From assembly GCA_963776275.1 (NCBI GenBank), contig CAVZMI010000003.1, positions 16,607 to 80,606 of the forward strand: a stretch of 64,000 nt of DNA, in the 5' to 3' direction. Position 1 is the stretch's first letter. Each line of letters begins with the position of its first letter. The notes under the pieces were generated by a model. The model ran no database searches. It was not told the DNA's origin and worked only from the letters and a program-made list of their open reading frames with translations. Position numbers and translations under genes: made by a program. Of this stretch, positions 9,097 through 20,586 are shown piece by piece. This DNA is from Ignavibacteriota bacterium. GTDB taxonomy: Bacteria; Bacteroidota; Ignavibacteria; UBA10030; CAVZMI01.

Positions 9097-10944
9097 TTAA
9101 CCAAAACTGATAGCACGTATGCCGCGTTCGGTCATCGCGTCAAAGATGACACGCGTAATAACCAGCGCAGAGAAAAGACTCGCTAAAATACCGATCATCA
9201 ACGTCAAAGCGAATCCCTGAATAGGACCGGTTCCAAACTGATACATAATCACACCGATAAGAAAACTCGTTACGTTCGAGTCGATAATGGCCGAAAATGC
9301 TTTATGGTACCCGGCGTCAATCGAGGCAATCAATGTTTTTCCACCGGCACTCTCTTCGCGAATGCGCTCATAAATCAGCACGTTCGCATCCACCGAAGTT
9401 GCAAATGTCAGAATAATACCTGCGATTCCAGGAAGTGTCAGCGTTGCCTGAAATCCGGCAAGCACGCCGAGAATGAAGAGTACGTTGAAAAGTAATGCGC
9501 AGACGGCGACCGATCCACCTGTTCTATAATAGATAACCATAAAGAGAACAGTGAAAATAAAAGCATATGCTGTAGAAGTGACGCCGGATCGAATGGAATC
9601 TTCTCCGAGTGAGGGACCGACATTCCGTTGTTCGATAATATCCACGGGTGCAGGAAGCGCGCCGGCTTTAAGAACGATCTCTAGCAGCTTTGCCTCGTCG
9701 ATGCTCTGCATCCCGGTGATCTGCGAATGTCCGCCGGTGATTTTTGTGATTACCTTCGGAGCAGAAAAGATCGCGTTATCCATGATGATCGCGATGCGTT
9801 TATTGACGTTGGCTCCCGTGATGCGGGCCCATTCGCGGGCTCCTTCACTGTTCATTTCCATCGTGACTTCAGGCTGGTTATAATCACTGCCGATGATAGC
9901 ACGCGCATTTACGATGACGCCGCCTGTAAGCTCGGGGGTAGCCTTTACGATATACAATTCGAAATAACGACGGCCATCCTGAGTGGTTAATTCCGGTTTG
10001 TTACTCCAGAGGAACTGGACATCGTTAGGGAGCAGGAGCTTTACGTCGTCCCGGTTCAGAATTCTATTGACTTTTGCCCGATCGTCTTCGGCAACATAAG
10101 CCGTACCCATGCCCTGAGGATGCGGCCTGGCAAGATAGTAGAATGGATGACGTTGTGCAAGCAGCGTTGTGTCACCCTGGGCGAGTGCCATGCTATCGGA
10201 AATAGCGGCTGAAGAATCGGTAGTATTCAACGAATCGCCGAATTCCTTTCCCGGCGAGGAATTTATCGATCGTCTCCATGATTTTATAAGAAATCTCGGG
10301 ATCTTTCAGCAATTTGAATTCGAGCAAAGCGGTTCCCTGAAGAAGCTGCCTGACTTCGCTTTCTTTTGAAATACCCGGTAGTTCTACGATAATCCTTCGT
10401 ACCTCCTTGTTTTTGAATCGTCGGTTCTGAAACACCGTACTGGTCAACGCGGTTGCGGACGATTTCCATCGCCCGGTCAACTGCTTTATTCGATTCTGAC
10501 TCCAGATTGCTCAGAATATTCTTATCTTCATCGCGAATATTTTTGCCATAGTACCGGCTCAATCGGATTCCTTTTGACTTCGAATTTCTTGGCAAAGACT
10601 GAGATGATCGACTCATCCGTCGTTTGTGTCTCTTTTTCAATTTCTGCCATAATGCCGTTAAATATATCATCTTTACTCCGAGCCATGTCTTTTAGGAACT
10701 TTACAACATTGACCTCGAGAACAACGCGCATACCACCCTGAAGATCCAGGCCCAGTTTCATGCGATTCAGACGGGCATTACGGATATCTTTTTCATTACT
10801 ATCAATAAATTTTAGACTATCATCTCCACTCTTATTCTTCAGTTGTTGTGTGTATCGATAGTCTTTATACGTCGGGTATAAAAAATACAATGCAAGAGCA
10901 ACTGCCCCGACAATTAAGACGATTTTAGCCCTGTTCTTTTTCAC
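9097..10944 (-). CDS. secD: Protein translocase subunit SecD (several frameshifts between ~10230 and ~10580)
   Basis: KLGLDLQGGM, RNRVDQYGVSEPTIQ, RIIVELPG, LKAGALPAP, VGPSLG, VDANVLIYERIREE over four ORF pieces; GTG start with GGAGG RBS. Confidence 0.93.
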
Positions 10945-11013
10945 GAACAAACCTCCATCTAAAAAGGGAACTTTCAGAATAGCGATCGAGATAGGACTCT
11001 CCAAAAACTATTT

Positions 11014-11082
11014 AATATAACCGCAAGTTGTTCAAAAGTCAACAAAAAAAACATTGCATTTCAGACGCATTTGAGTTATATT
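11014..11082. promoter_or_regulatory. Back-to-back sigma70 promoters for secD and the PPIase gene
   Basis: Minus: TTGACT-17-TATATT (11042-11014); plus: TTGCAT-17-TATATT (11054-11082). Confidence 0.6.
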
Positions 11083-11148
11083 TTTTATCTCAATTAAAAA
11101 ATCTTCTCCTTGATCTCACTTTAATTCTGCTTGAGGAGTGTTTGGCAT

Positions 11149-13255
11149 ATGCCTTTAATGTCGAAAATCCGAGAACGCTTAGCAACCATCTTCGGTGTCT
11201 TTGCCGCTTTTTTCATCATCTATATTATCTTCGATTGGGGGATGGATATTACCGGACGAAAAGGACGTGGGGGAAGAAGTCAGGGTGACGTGATGGGTGA
11301 AGTAAACGGACGAATAATCCATGCATCCGAATTCAACGAGTCTTGTCCGGCTGGGCGCTGAACACCAAAAACAGCAAACCGGCAAAGAACCCGATGATGA
11401 TGCCTACCAACAACTCCGTCAACAGCAGTGGGATAACCTTGTCACCCAAATCCTGATCGATCAGGAGATTGAAAGACTGGGACTGACCGTCACAGATCAG
11501 GAACTCATCAACTGGGTGCGCGGTGACAATCCACCGGAATCATTGGTGCGCCGGTTTACCGATTCAACCGGGAAGTTTAATCGCGAAGCGTATGATATGG
11601 CACTCAACGATCCCCGTCTGAAAAAAGAATGGGCAAAAATTGAAGATGACCTCCGACGGGAAAAAGGTCAGCAAAAGCTTGTAACGATGCTCTATTCGTC
11701 AGTCAACGTGAGTGATGGAGAAGTGATGCAGAGATATCTCGATCAGACGATGAAATTGACCGCTAACTATGTATTGTTTGATCCGGGCCGTTACGTTACA
11801 GATACGGCGCTGAAAGCGGCTGATGATGAAATGATGAAATACTATAAAGAAAATCAGGATGACTTTAAACAAAATGCCGTCCGGAAACTCAAGTATGTAC
11901 AGTTCCCTGAAACACCGTCGTCATCTGATTCTGCAATGGTGCTCAACGAAATAAATACATTGAAACAGCAAACAGAAAAAGGTGTGGATTTTATTGAACA
12001 GGCAAAAACGTATTCTGAAACACCACCATCGGATAACTATATTAAACCTGGCGAAATAAGTCAGAAGCGGGAAGATGCAATTTTCGATGCGAAAGTAGGA
12101 TCGGTCATCGGCCCCGTTCTGGATGTCGATGGCTATCATCTGATGAAAATTCTTGATGCACGAAAAGGAAAGGATATATCCGTCCGGGCCAGTCATATCC
12201 TCTGGATGATTAACCCGGGAACCGATACTGTTCAGATATATAATGAAGCAAGAAAAGTTCTAGCCCGCGCCAAAAAGGGGGAAGATTTTGCATCGTTGGC
12301 CCGAACGTATAGCCAGGATAATTCGACAGTCAACGGCGGAGATCTTGGATGGAACGGTAAAGGACGATGGGTAAAACCATTCGAAGATGCGGCATTTCGA
12401 ATGCGGGTTGGAGAAATTTCCGGTCTGGTTCGGACTCAATTCGGTATCCATATCATCAAAGTGACCGGGAAAAATGATCGTGAGGTCAAGATCGCCGATA
12501 TCTTCATGGGCATCAAGCCGAGTGCGCAAACCAAAGATTTGGTTTTCCAAAATGCACAGGATTTCGCATATCTGGCAAAACAGGGAGATTTTGAAAAAGA
12601 AGCTGCATTAAGTAAATACCAGGTCCAGGAGACCGGACAATTCGCAAAAGGTCCAGTTGTTCCAGGCATCGGGTATAATGACATTGCAATGAAGTTTGCC
12701 TACGAGCGCAAACTCGGCGATGTCAGCGATCCGATGCGCGTCCAGAGCGGATATGCTGTCTTCAAGATAAGTGAAATTAAAGAGGAAGGAATTAAGCCGT
12801 TTGATGAGGTTAAAGAGATTGTTCGGCAGCGGGTAGTAAATAAGAAACGAATGGCAAAAGTAGCCGTTATCGCCGAACAGGCATATGCAAAATTAGGACC
12901 CAACGACGATATCTCAGCATTGAAAAAATTCGATCCTATGTTGCAGGTCGTTTCTGCCGAGAATTTCTCACTGAATGGCGCGATACCCGGTGTCGGCCGC
13001 GATTTCCAATTCATAGGAACTGCAATGCGCCTGAAAAAAAATGAAATCTCCAAACCATTCGAAGGCACCCGTGGATATTATATTCTTCAGCTTATCAATA
13101 AAACCGATTTCGATTCAATCACATTCAACAAGCAAAAACAATCGCTGCGAAATCAACTGTTTCAGGAAAGACGGCAGCGGTTTGTGAATGATTGGCTTGC
13201 AAAAGTGAAGGAAAATGCCAAAATCGAGGACGAACGGGAGAAGTTTTTCCGTTAA
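11149..13255 (+). CDS. Membrane-anchored peptidyl-prolyl isomerase/chaperone, PpiD-like (frameshift near 11340)
   Basis: MPLMSKIRER+TM, SurA-like N domain, parvulin motifs RASHIL, GEDFASLARTYSQD, GGDLGW, TQFGIHIIKV. Confidence 0.88.
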
Positions 13256-13265
13256 GAATTGAATC

Positions 13266-13985
13266 ATGAAAGCCTGCAGACTGACTTGGCTCGGGGTCGC
13301 CGGTCTGATAATGCTCCATACATGTCTAGTTGCGGAAGAAGGCGACTTCATCATCTGTCTCCGGACTACTTATACAACGTCCGCCCGCATCTATCTCTTA
13401 CCACAATCTTCAAGTGAAATATTCTATAATAATTATTCCTCGTTGAGCGGGATAATGAGCTATGGTGGCGAGATCCGGTACCACATTCCATCAACAATTG
13501 TTGAACTCGGAATTGGAACCGAATACCTCTCGATCACACGGAACGGCCAGTTCTCTATTGTCACCGGAAATCAGGTCTATCTGCTGCCAACCGAAGAGAA
13601 ATTCAGCATGATACCAATCGAGCTGAGCGCATATATCGTGCTCCCATTCGGTGAACCTCGGTTCCATATCACAATGGGGGGAGGGACAGGTTTCTATCTC
13701 GGTAATCGGACATGGCACATGGCCGATATCGATGCACCGGTCGAAAAGACCCCGTTTGGCTTCGGAATTCATGTGCAAACCGGAATCGATTATGTTCTCA
13801 CAAAAAACCTTGCATTCCGCGGTGAAATAAAGTTTCGCGACCCTCAGTTCGAGGCCACGAATCGCTCTGATCGCATGATCGTTCACTACCAGGGTAAAAA
13901 CCTCCCGCTCGAACAGACCGAATTTTTCTCGCGAATAAATGTCGACGGGATTGCGTTTACCATCGGAATTGTGTACTATTTTTAA
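13266..13985 (+). CDS. Small outer-membrane beta-barrel protein
   Basis: Signal peptide, alternating beta strands, C-terminal GIVYYF. Confidence 0.7.
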   Translation: MKACRLTWLGVAGLIMLHTCLVAEEGDFIICLRTTYTTSARIYLLPQSSSEIFYNNYSSLSGIMSYGGEIRYHIPSTIVELGIGTEYLSITRNGQFSIVTGNQVYLLPTEEKFSMIPIELSAYIVLPFGEPRFHITMGGGTGFYLGNRTWHMADIDAPVEKTPFGFGIHVQTGIDYVLTKNLAFRGEIKFRDPQFEATNRSDRMIVHYQGKNLPLEQTEFFSRINVDGIAFTIGIVYYF

Positions 13986-14042
13986 GGAATAGCATCGCAG
14001 TCCCGATTTTCTATTAAGCAAGAAATCGGATTCATCCCTGGA

Positions 14043-14606
14043 ATGTCAATCATCGGTATGAATACTCATAAAAAAAATATTATTTATCTTACTGGATTCA
14101 TGGGAAGCGGTAAAAGTACAATCGGTCCGATTCTCGCAAATACACTTGGATATCGGTTTATCGATCTTGATCATTATATTGAAGAGCAGACTGCGAAAAC
14201 TATCGCGCAGATTTTTTCCGAACAGGGCGAACCGGCATTCCGTGCACTCGAAACCCATGCGCTTAAATTGCTGATTCCCGAACAGAAAGTGGTTATAGCT
14301 CTTGGCGGGGGGACGCTGGTGGCCGAGGAAAACCTTCAACTGGTAAAAGAATATGGGATATTAATTTACTTAAAGACCAATGTTGAACAAATAGTCCATC
14401 GAATGAAGAATAAAATGGATCGGCCGCTTCTCCGCGGGCCAAATGGTGAACAACTCCCGGAACAAAAGCTGCGTGCACGTATTCAACGTTTGGTCGGCGA
14501 ACGGGAAAAATACTATAAGAATGCTGACCTCATTGTATCAACTTCAAATCGGAAGGTTGGTGTTTCTGTCGATGAAATTGTCCACAAGATACGACATTAT
14601 GCATGA
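14043..14606 (+). CDS. aroK: Shikimate kinase
   Basis: LTGFMGSGKST, DLD, GEPAFR, ALGGG, RPLL. Confidence 0.95.
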   Translation: MSIIGMNTHKKNIIYLTGFMGSGKSTIGPILANTLGYRFIDLDHYIEEQTAKTIAQIFSEQGEPAFRALETHALKLLIPEQKVVIALGGGTLVAEENLQLVKEYGILIYLKTNVEQIVHRMKNKMDRPLLRGPNGEQLPEQKLRARIQRLVGEREKYYKNADLIVSTSNRKVGVSVDEIVHKIRHYA

Positions 14607-15738
14607 TGAGTCATCACACCGGCAAACCGTTACTGTCGATCTCGGTGATCGAAGCTACCCGATCGTGATCGGTGAAGGTATCCTGTCGTCGCTGACGGCG
14701 ATGGTTCGAGAGAGGCTGTCCTCCACAGAAGGCGTAGTGATCAGTGATCGGACGGTTGCCGAGCTTTACATGCCGACTGTTCGTCGTGCATTACGGAACA
14801 CCGCGATTTCAATCACTTCAATCGTTATCCCGCCGGGGGAACAGCAAAAGAATATCCATCGAGTCAATACGATTATTTCGATAATGCTGCGAAAACGCCT
14901 CAGTCGGTCGGCAGCAGTGTTTGCTCTGGGCGGAGGTGTCGTCGGTGATCTTGCAGGATTTGTTTCAGCAATTTATCAGAGGGGGATTGATTTTATTCAG
15001 ATTCCTACGACACTTCTCGCTCAGGTCGACAGCTCGGTTGGCGGGAAAGTCGGAGTCAACCATCCCTCGGGCAAAAATATGATCGGTGCATTCCATCAAC
15101 CACGTTTCGTCCTTGCCGACAGCACCGTTCTTGCTACATTACCGCCCAGAGAATTCATATGCGGTCTCGGCGAAGTAATTAAGTATGGAATCATTGCCGA
15201 CGATGAGTTCTTCCAATATCTTGAAAAACACCTGAACGAAATCGTCTCGCTCGATCCGGAAGCAGTCATGCATACCGTTGCACGATGCTGTTCGCTCAAA
15301 GCCGACATTGTGCGAAATGATGAACGTGAGAAAGCCGTTTCCGGAGGACGGGCGGTCTTGAACTTCGGACATACAATCGGTCATGCCATAGAAGCTGCGG
15401 TCGGGTATCGTGGAATAAAACACGGCGAGGCAGTCCTGCTTGGCATGTTGGTCGAAAGCCGGATGGCGAACCTCCTCGGTATGTTGGAGGAGGGTGAATA
15501 CAAGCGTATTGCATCGTTGATCAATCGGCTCACACTTCCGCATATCCTTCCATCGCTGTCGAACGGAAAACTTGTCGCATTCATGTCCCACGACAAAAAA
15601 GTGAAAGAGAAAAAAATTCATTTTATACTTCCGATAAAGATTGGGGGTGTACAAATTGTCGGCGATGTCCCGCAACGGGTGGTGAAACAAAGTCTTGATG
15701 ATCTGAAAAACTTTTTCCGATATGGAAAGAAAAAATAA
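14599..15738 (+). CDS. aroB: 3-dehydroquinate synthase
   Basis: GGGVVGDLAGF, PTTLLAQVDSSVGGK, KNMIGAFHQP, LNFGHTIGHAIE, HGEAV; ATG at 14599 overlaps the aroK stop. Confidence 0.97.
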   Translation: MHDESSHRQTVTVDLGDRSYPIVIGEGILSSLTAMVRERLSSTEGVVISDRTVAELYMPTVRRALRNTAISITSIVIPPGEQQKNIHRVNTIISIMLRKRLSRSAAVFALGGGVVGDLAGFVSAIYQRGIDFIQIPTTLLAQVDSSVGGKVGVNHPSGKNMIGAFHQPRFVLADSTVLATLPPREFICGLGEVIKYGIIADDEFFQYLEKHLNEIVSLDPEAVMHTVARCCSLKADIVRNDEREKAVSGGRAVLNFGHTIGHAIEAAVGYRGIKHGEAVLLGMLVESRMANLLGMLEEGEYKRIASLINRLTLPHILPSLSNGKLVAFMSHDKKVKEKKIHFILPIKIGGVQIVGDVPQRVVKQSLDDLKNFFRYGKKK

Positions 15739-16240
15739 TCTGATCCGTTGGATATCGTTCTGTATATTCCCGGCAATATTTTTGTTTGCCTGTGTAGGTT
15801 GTGTCTCCCGATATCCGTTTGTTGTTGTTGTGAAAGACCGCGTAGTACGTACCCGGACAATTGAAGATACGGTCAACAAGATCCTTTATTGTTACGATGC
15901 GAGTTATACCGTGAAGAAAAAGGTCTCTTCACAAATAATTCTGCTCATTACTAATAACAGCCGTGGAGTGCTATCGCTTGGGAGCGGACGAATTCGGATA
16001 ACATCCCGGAATATCGATTATGAAATGAACGACCGCTTTCTTCCGCTTCCTGACATAGAAATCGAACCGCACGGAAGATACGAGTTAACGTTTTCGGGAA
16101 GCGGCCGGAAGATCGTAGATGAACCGTGGCAATTGATAGCCGGAGAACAGATGGTACTCACGCTCCGCGGATTATTATTAAACGGAAAAGAGATACCCGG
16201 ACATGTTGTGTGCCTCATCCCCGTAAATCCTCAGTTGTAA
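15722..16240 (+). CDS. Hypothetical protein, possible lipoprotein
   Basis: Hydrophobic N-terminus ending FACVGC; in operon context. Confidence 0.6.
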   Translation: MERKNNLIRWISFCIFPAIFLFACVGCVSRYPFVVVVKDRVVRTRTIEDTVNKILYCYDASYTVKKKVSSQIILLITNNSRGVLSLGSGRIRITSRNIDYEMNDRFLPLPDIEIEPHGRYELTFSGSGRKIVDEPWQLIAGEQMVLTLRGLLLNGKEIPGHVVCLIPVNPQL

Positions 16241-16263
16241 TTGACAATGGAAAGGCTCCTTGT

Positions 16264-16746
16264 ATGAATATTCTTACAGTTCGTATCGAAAAACCGGATG
16301 ATATGAATTTCATCCTTGGTCATTCTCATTTTATTAAAACAGTGGAAGATCTTCATGAGGCCATAGTGCAAACTCAACCGGCCATGAAATTCGGCATCGC
16401 TTTTTGCGAATCGTCGGGTCCTGCACTCGTGAGGTTCAGCGGGAATGACGGGCGATTGATCGAGCTGGCACAAAAAAATGCCCTGGCACTGGGATGCGGA
16501 CATTCATTTATTATCTTTATGGAGAACGGGTTCCCCGTAAATATTCTGAATACTGTTAAAAATGTTTCTGAAGTATGCAGAGTGTTTTGTGCCACAGCAA
16601 ATCCAACCGAAGTAATCATTGCAGAAACCGAACAGGGAAGGGGAATACTGGGGGTCATCGATGGAGTATCGGTGAAAGGCATCGAAACGGAGTCGGATAT
16701 TACGGCAAGAAAATCATTTCTCAGAAAGATCGGATATAAGTTATAA
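16264..16746 (+). CDS. Adenosine-specific kinase family protein (DUF355)
   Basis: NFILGHSHFIKTVEDL, FGIAFCESSG, FCATANP, GRGILGVIDG, RKIGYK. Confidence 0.85.
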   Translation: MNILTVRIEKPDDMNFILGHSHFIKTVEDLHEAIVQTQPAMKFGIAFCESSGPALVRFSGNDGRLIELAQKNALALGCGHSFIIFMENGFPVNILNTVKNVSEVCRVFCATANPTEVIIAETEQGRGILGVIDGVSVKGIETESDITARKSFLRKIGYKL

Positions 16747-16775
16747 AAAGGAAAATGGATGAAGGAGAATAATAT

Positions 16776-18039
16776 ATGAGGTTTTTCCATGTTGGAATTT
16801 CCTTTGGCGCTATTTTAAGTCTGGTCTCCATGCAGAATCTTTTTGGACAGGCGTGTGTCGAATGTCATGCGAAGGTCACTCCAAATATCGTCTTGGATTG
16901 GCAGAATAGTAAGCACAGTCAGAATGATGTCGATTGTGCGACATGTCACGGCGACTTGCATCGTACGGCACAAGATATTGCCAATGTTGAAATTCCCACA
17001 CCGTCGACGTGTGCGCAGTGTCATGATGACAGAGTAGCGCAATACAAAAAAGGGAAACATGCCATTGCATGGGCAGCCATGAAAGCAATGCCCACGGCGC
17101 ACATGCAACCGATGGCGATGATGGAAGGAATGAAGGGCTGCGGAGGCTGTCATAAGATCGGCATGAAGAGCGAGGAAGAAATTAAGGCGTTGAAGAGTAA
17201 CGGCGGGGGATTTGGCGTTGCTTCATGCGATGCATGCCATACGCGTCATTCGTTTTCACTCAAGGAAGCCCGGCAGCCGCAGGCCTGCGAGACATGTCAT
17301 ATGGGTTTCGATCATCCCCAATGGGAAATGTATTCGGCATCGAAGCATGGAGTCCGGTATTTGTTGAAACAGGGTGGTACGCTGCCGCCTCAAACACCCG
17401 CTACGACATGCCAGACATGCCATATGCAAAACGGCGATCATGAAGTGCGAAGTGCGTGGGGTTTCCTTGCCGTTCGGTTACCAATGCCCGAAGATAAACA
17501 ATGGGCGGATGACCGTGCTATAATACTCGAGGCTCTCGGAGTGCTCAGTCCAGGACGGTGCGCCGACACCCCGGCTTGATGTTGTGAAAGCTGCCGACGT
17601 TGCTCGATTGACACAGGAAAGCTGGCAGGCGGAGCGGGGGAAAATGATCAAGACATGCAACCAATGTCATTCGGCGAATTTCGCAAAAGGTGAGCTCGAG
17701 AAAGGAGATGCGATGATCAAAGCGGCCGACCATCTCATGGCCGAAGCGATCCGGACAGTTGCCGGCCTGTACAGGGACGGGGTTATCGAGAAGCCGAAAA
17801 ATTATGCGTCGGCATTCCCGGATCTTTTGACATTCCACGATGCACCGACAGTCATCGAGCAAAAGCTCTTTGTTATGTTCCTCGAACATCGCATGCGTGC
17901 ATTTCAGGGTACGTTTCATGCAAATCCAGACTACGCACTATGGTACGGATGGAGCGAGATGCGGCGGGATCTCACCGAGATTAATACGATGGCAAAAGAG
18001 CTCCATGAAGCAAATAAGAAAAGTGTGAATCCAAGGTAA
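16776..18039 (+). CDS. Octaheme cytochrome c, hydroxylamine oxidoreductase (HAO) family (frameshift near 17555)
   Basis: Signal peptide; 8 CxxCH motifs (CVECH, CATCH, CAQCH, CGGCH, CDACH, CETCH, CQTCH, CNQCH); CHTRHSFS, CHMGFDHPQWEMY, SKHG, HANPDY. Confidence 0.88.
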
Positions 18040-18079
18040 TCTAACATATTTTCTCAGGATTTCTTCCTTCTCTGTCCTA

Positions 18080-18646
18080 ATGTCGAAGAACGATGACGAT
18101 AACGTCCGTGATCTCCTCTATCGGTCACGCCGGGGAGATGTCGATGCACTGAACAGACTCTGTGCGATGCTCCGTGAGCAGGTGTTCCGGCGGATCATGG
18201 GGAAAATTCATGATGAAGACGATTCGGATGAACTGGCGCAGAAAACAATCATCTGGTTCCTTCGAAACTTCAAGGATAGAATTCATGACGAAAATATCCC
18301 CGCCCTCCTTGCCGCAAAAGCATTTTTCTTATTAAAAAGTCATTTTCGCACGAAATATATACTGAAAGAAGTAGCGCTCGAATGTGTGGAAGAAGGGCAT
18401 CTTGTCGATAATTCGGTCGCCGATACACTCGATGAAAATGCCGATCGTCGTGAAGCTTGGAAGAAAATTAAGGCAGAGGTTGAAAGCCTGCCGGCGACAT
18501 ATAGAGAAGTAATTGTACGCCGCTATTATCAGGATTTATCGGTTCAGGAAATCGCCGTAGAGCTTGATCTCTCCGAGGACAACGTGAGGCAGAGACATAA
18601 GCGCGGTATCGATATATTGAAAAAGCGGATGCAAGAAAAGAAATGA
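18080..18646 (+). CDS. ECF-type RNA polymerase sigma factor
   Basis: GDVDALNRL region 1.2/2; region 4 LPATYREVIVRRYYQDLSVQEIAVELDLSEDNVRQRHKRG. Confidence 0.85.
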   Translation: MSKNDDDNVRDLLYRSRRGDVDALNRLCAMLREQVFRRIMGKIHDEDDSDELAQKTIIWFLRNFKDRIHDENIPALLAAKAFFLLKSHFRTKYILKEVALECVEEGHLVDNSVADTLDENADRREAWKKIKAEVESLPATYREVIVRRYYQDLSVQEIAVELDLSEDNVRQRHKRGIDILKKRMQEKK

Positions 18647-18713
18647 ATAAACGGTTGATAATTTTTAAGTTAATAATTAGCGTCGAGACAAACAAAGATC
18701 ACAGTCACGGTTT

Positions 18714-18735
18714 TAAACCCGGAAATCATAAATCA
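18714..18735. repeat. Dispersed copy of the right arm of the 4960-5132 element
   Basis: TAAACCCGGAAATCATAAATCA vs TAAACTCGGAAATCATCAATCA at 5111-5132: 20/22 identical. Confidence 0.65.
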
Positions 18736-18758
18736 ACAATGGAAGATATTCAAGGACT

Positions 18759-20075
18759 TCAATTGTTGTGATTATATTTTTGTGATTTTACTGAATGTTT
18801 CGGGAAAAGCTGGACGAGCCTATCAAGCTCGCTCTGCCGTACACGGATATGCATCTCGACATGATCGTGAGCATAATGTTGAGAGAGGACTTCTGCGACA
18901 TCATGAATGCGTGCGATGAGGTCGTATTGATTCTGCGAAAAAATAAATGTCCGATCGATATAGGCATCCTGAACGAGCAGTGAAAGCTTTTCCTTTAGTG
19001 TGGAAATATTGATCGCGCGCGCAGCGGATATACAAACGCTGTTCTGATACTTTCTTCCCACCAATTCGAGAATGCCTCGATCCTCGAGAAGATCGATCTT
19101 GTTGAATACCATCATCGTGGATTTCCCCTCGGCTGATATTTCATGCAGCGTCGATACGACAATCGCAATTTGTTCTTCCCAGAGAGGATGGCTGATATCG
19201 ATTACATGAAGAAGTATATCGGCCTCAGTAACCTCCGCAAGAGTGCTTTTGAACGATGCTATTAAGTTGTGAGGAAGTTTTCTGATAAAACCGACGGTGT
19301 CTGAAAGAAGTATCTTTGTCCCGGCATCGAGTGGGATGCATCGCACGGTAGAATCGACGGTAGCAAAAAGACGGTTTTCTACAAGGACGTCGGCTTGCGA
19401 GAGAAGATTCATTAATGTTGATTTACCGGCGTTTGTATATCCCACCAGGGCGACCCTTGTCAGTTCTTCCCGTCCATGGCGTTGGATTTCACGCTGTTGG
19501 CTGATGCGTTCGAGCTTTTCGCGGAGATGGCTGATGCGTTTCCGGATCATACGCCGGTCGGTTTCAATTTGCGTTTCACCCGGCCCTTTTGTCCCGATGC
19601 CGCCGTACTGTTTCGAAAGATGCGTCCACTGCCGCGTCAGGCGCGGCAGGAGGTACTCGTATTGTGCGAGAGCGACCTGCGTTCGGGCTTCATTGCTCTT
19701 GGCGCGTTTGGTAAAAATATCGAGAATTAGTCCGCTCCGATCAATCACCTTGCAATTGAGAACGCGTTCAAGGTTGCGAATCTGGACGGATGAGAGGTCG
19801 TCATCGAAAACAGTGAGATGGATATTTTCATCGGTGATGATCGCAGCAATCTGTTCGGCTTTCCCCTTGCCGATAAATGTCGCCACGTCGATCGTGTTGC
19901 GATCCTGGATAATCCGGTGGATTACATCGGCTCCGGCTGTATCGACAAGGAGGGCCAGTTCTTCTAAATATTCTTCTGCCTGAGCACGGGATGCGGAAGG
20001 ACCGGTGATGCCGACGATGACAGCGCGTTCGCGAGCGCCCTGCTCAATATCAATGAGTTTCTTCTTTGAGGTCAT
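18759..20075 (-). CDS. hflX: Ribosome-splitting GTPase HflX
   Basis: GPGETQIETDRR, VGYTNAGKSTL, LFATVD, DTVGFI, NKID. Confidence 0.97.
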   Translation of the reverse strand: MTSKKKLIDIEQGARERAVIVGITGPSASRAQAEEYLEELALLVDTAGADVIHRIIQDRNTIDVATFIGKGKAEQIAAIITDENIHLTVFDDDLSSVQIRNLERVLNCKVIDRSGLILDIFTKRAKSNEARTQVALAQYEYLLPRLTRQWTHLSKQYGGIGTKGPGETQIETDRRMIRKRISHLREKLERISQQREIQRHGREELTRVALVGYTNAGKSTLMNLLSQADVLVENRLFATVDSTVRCIPLDAGTKILLSDTVGFIRKLPHNLIASFKSTLAEVTEADILLHVIDISHPLWEEQIAIVVSTLHEISAEGKSTMMVFNKIDLLEDRGILELVGRKYQNSVCISAARAINISTLKEKLSLLVQDAYIDRTFIFSQNQYDLIARIHDVAEVLSQHYAHDHVEMHIRVRQSELDRLVQLFPKHSVKSQKYNHNN

Positions 20076-20565
20076 CCGATTGACTCTGAAGTGTATTCCG
20101 GATTATTTCTTCCGTCTTTACACGATGAGAAGCAGGGATGATTAATGTCGTATACCGATCGCCGGCCGCTGCAGGTGATTCTCTCCACCGAAATTGCCAA
20201 CGGAGACGATTGCCTGGTTTCTCCGTGAATTGGTAGTGGTAGATCGCCTTCCACGAGATCATGCGTCCGTTCCAAAAAACTCCAGAGCTGCCGATTGCCG
20301 CACGGCCAAAGAAGAAATAAAAACCAAGCAATACGAGGCCGAGCCAGAAGAAGAAAATGTAATTCGGATTGAATGTGGTAAAATAAAGATAAAATCCGAT
20401 TATTATATATGAACACATGATTCCGATTCCAGACAATGCCGGTAAGGTGTACCACCAGCAGACAACCTTTCCGATTTCGTTATATCTCCGTTTGAAAAGC
20501 ATTTGTATTCCCCATATTGTACTGCCCGCAATGATAAGGGATATGATGAAAGTAAGCCAATCCAT
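20050..20565 (-). CDS. Hypothetical 3-TM protein with C-terminal PH-like (DUF5673-like) domain, paralog 3
   Basis: IGSSGVFWNGRMISWKAIYHY...IIPASHR. Confidence 0.65.
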   Translation of the reverse strand: MDWLTFIISLIIAGSTIWGIQMLFKRRYNEIGKVVCWWYTLPALSGIGIMCSYIIIGFYLYFTTFNPNYIFFFWLGLVLLGFYFFFGRAAIGSSGVFWNGRMISWKAIYHYQFTEKPGNRLRWQFRWRESPAAAGDRYTTLIIPASHRVKTEEIIRNTLQSQSDDLKEETH

Positions 20566-20586
20566 GATATTCTCCAGAAAAAGTGA

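Noticed and set aside
19297-19983. Long antisense ORFs (here 228 aa opposite hflX; also 623-1183, 15139-15879, 27846-28436, 61859-62793)
   Set aside because: Shadow frames of well-supported genes on the other strand, with no motifs or RBS
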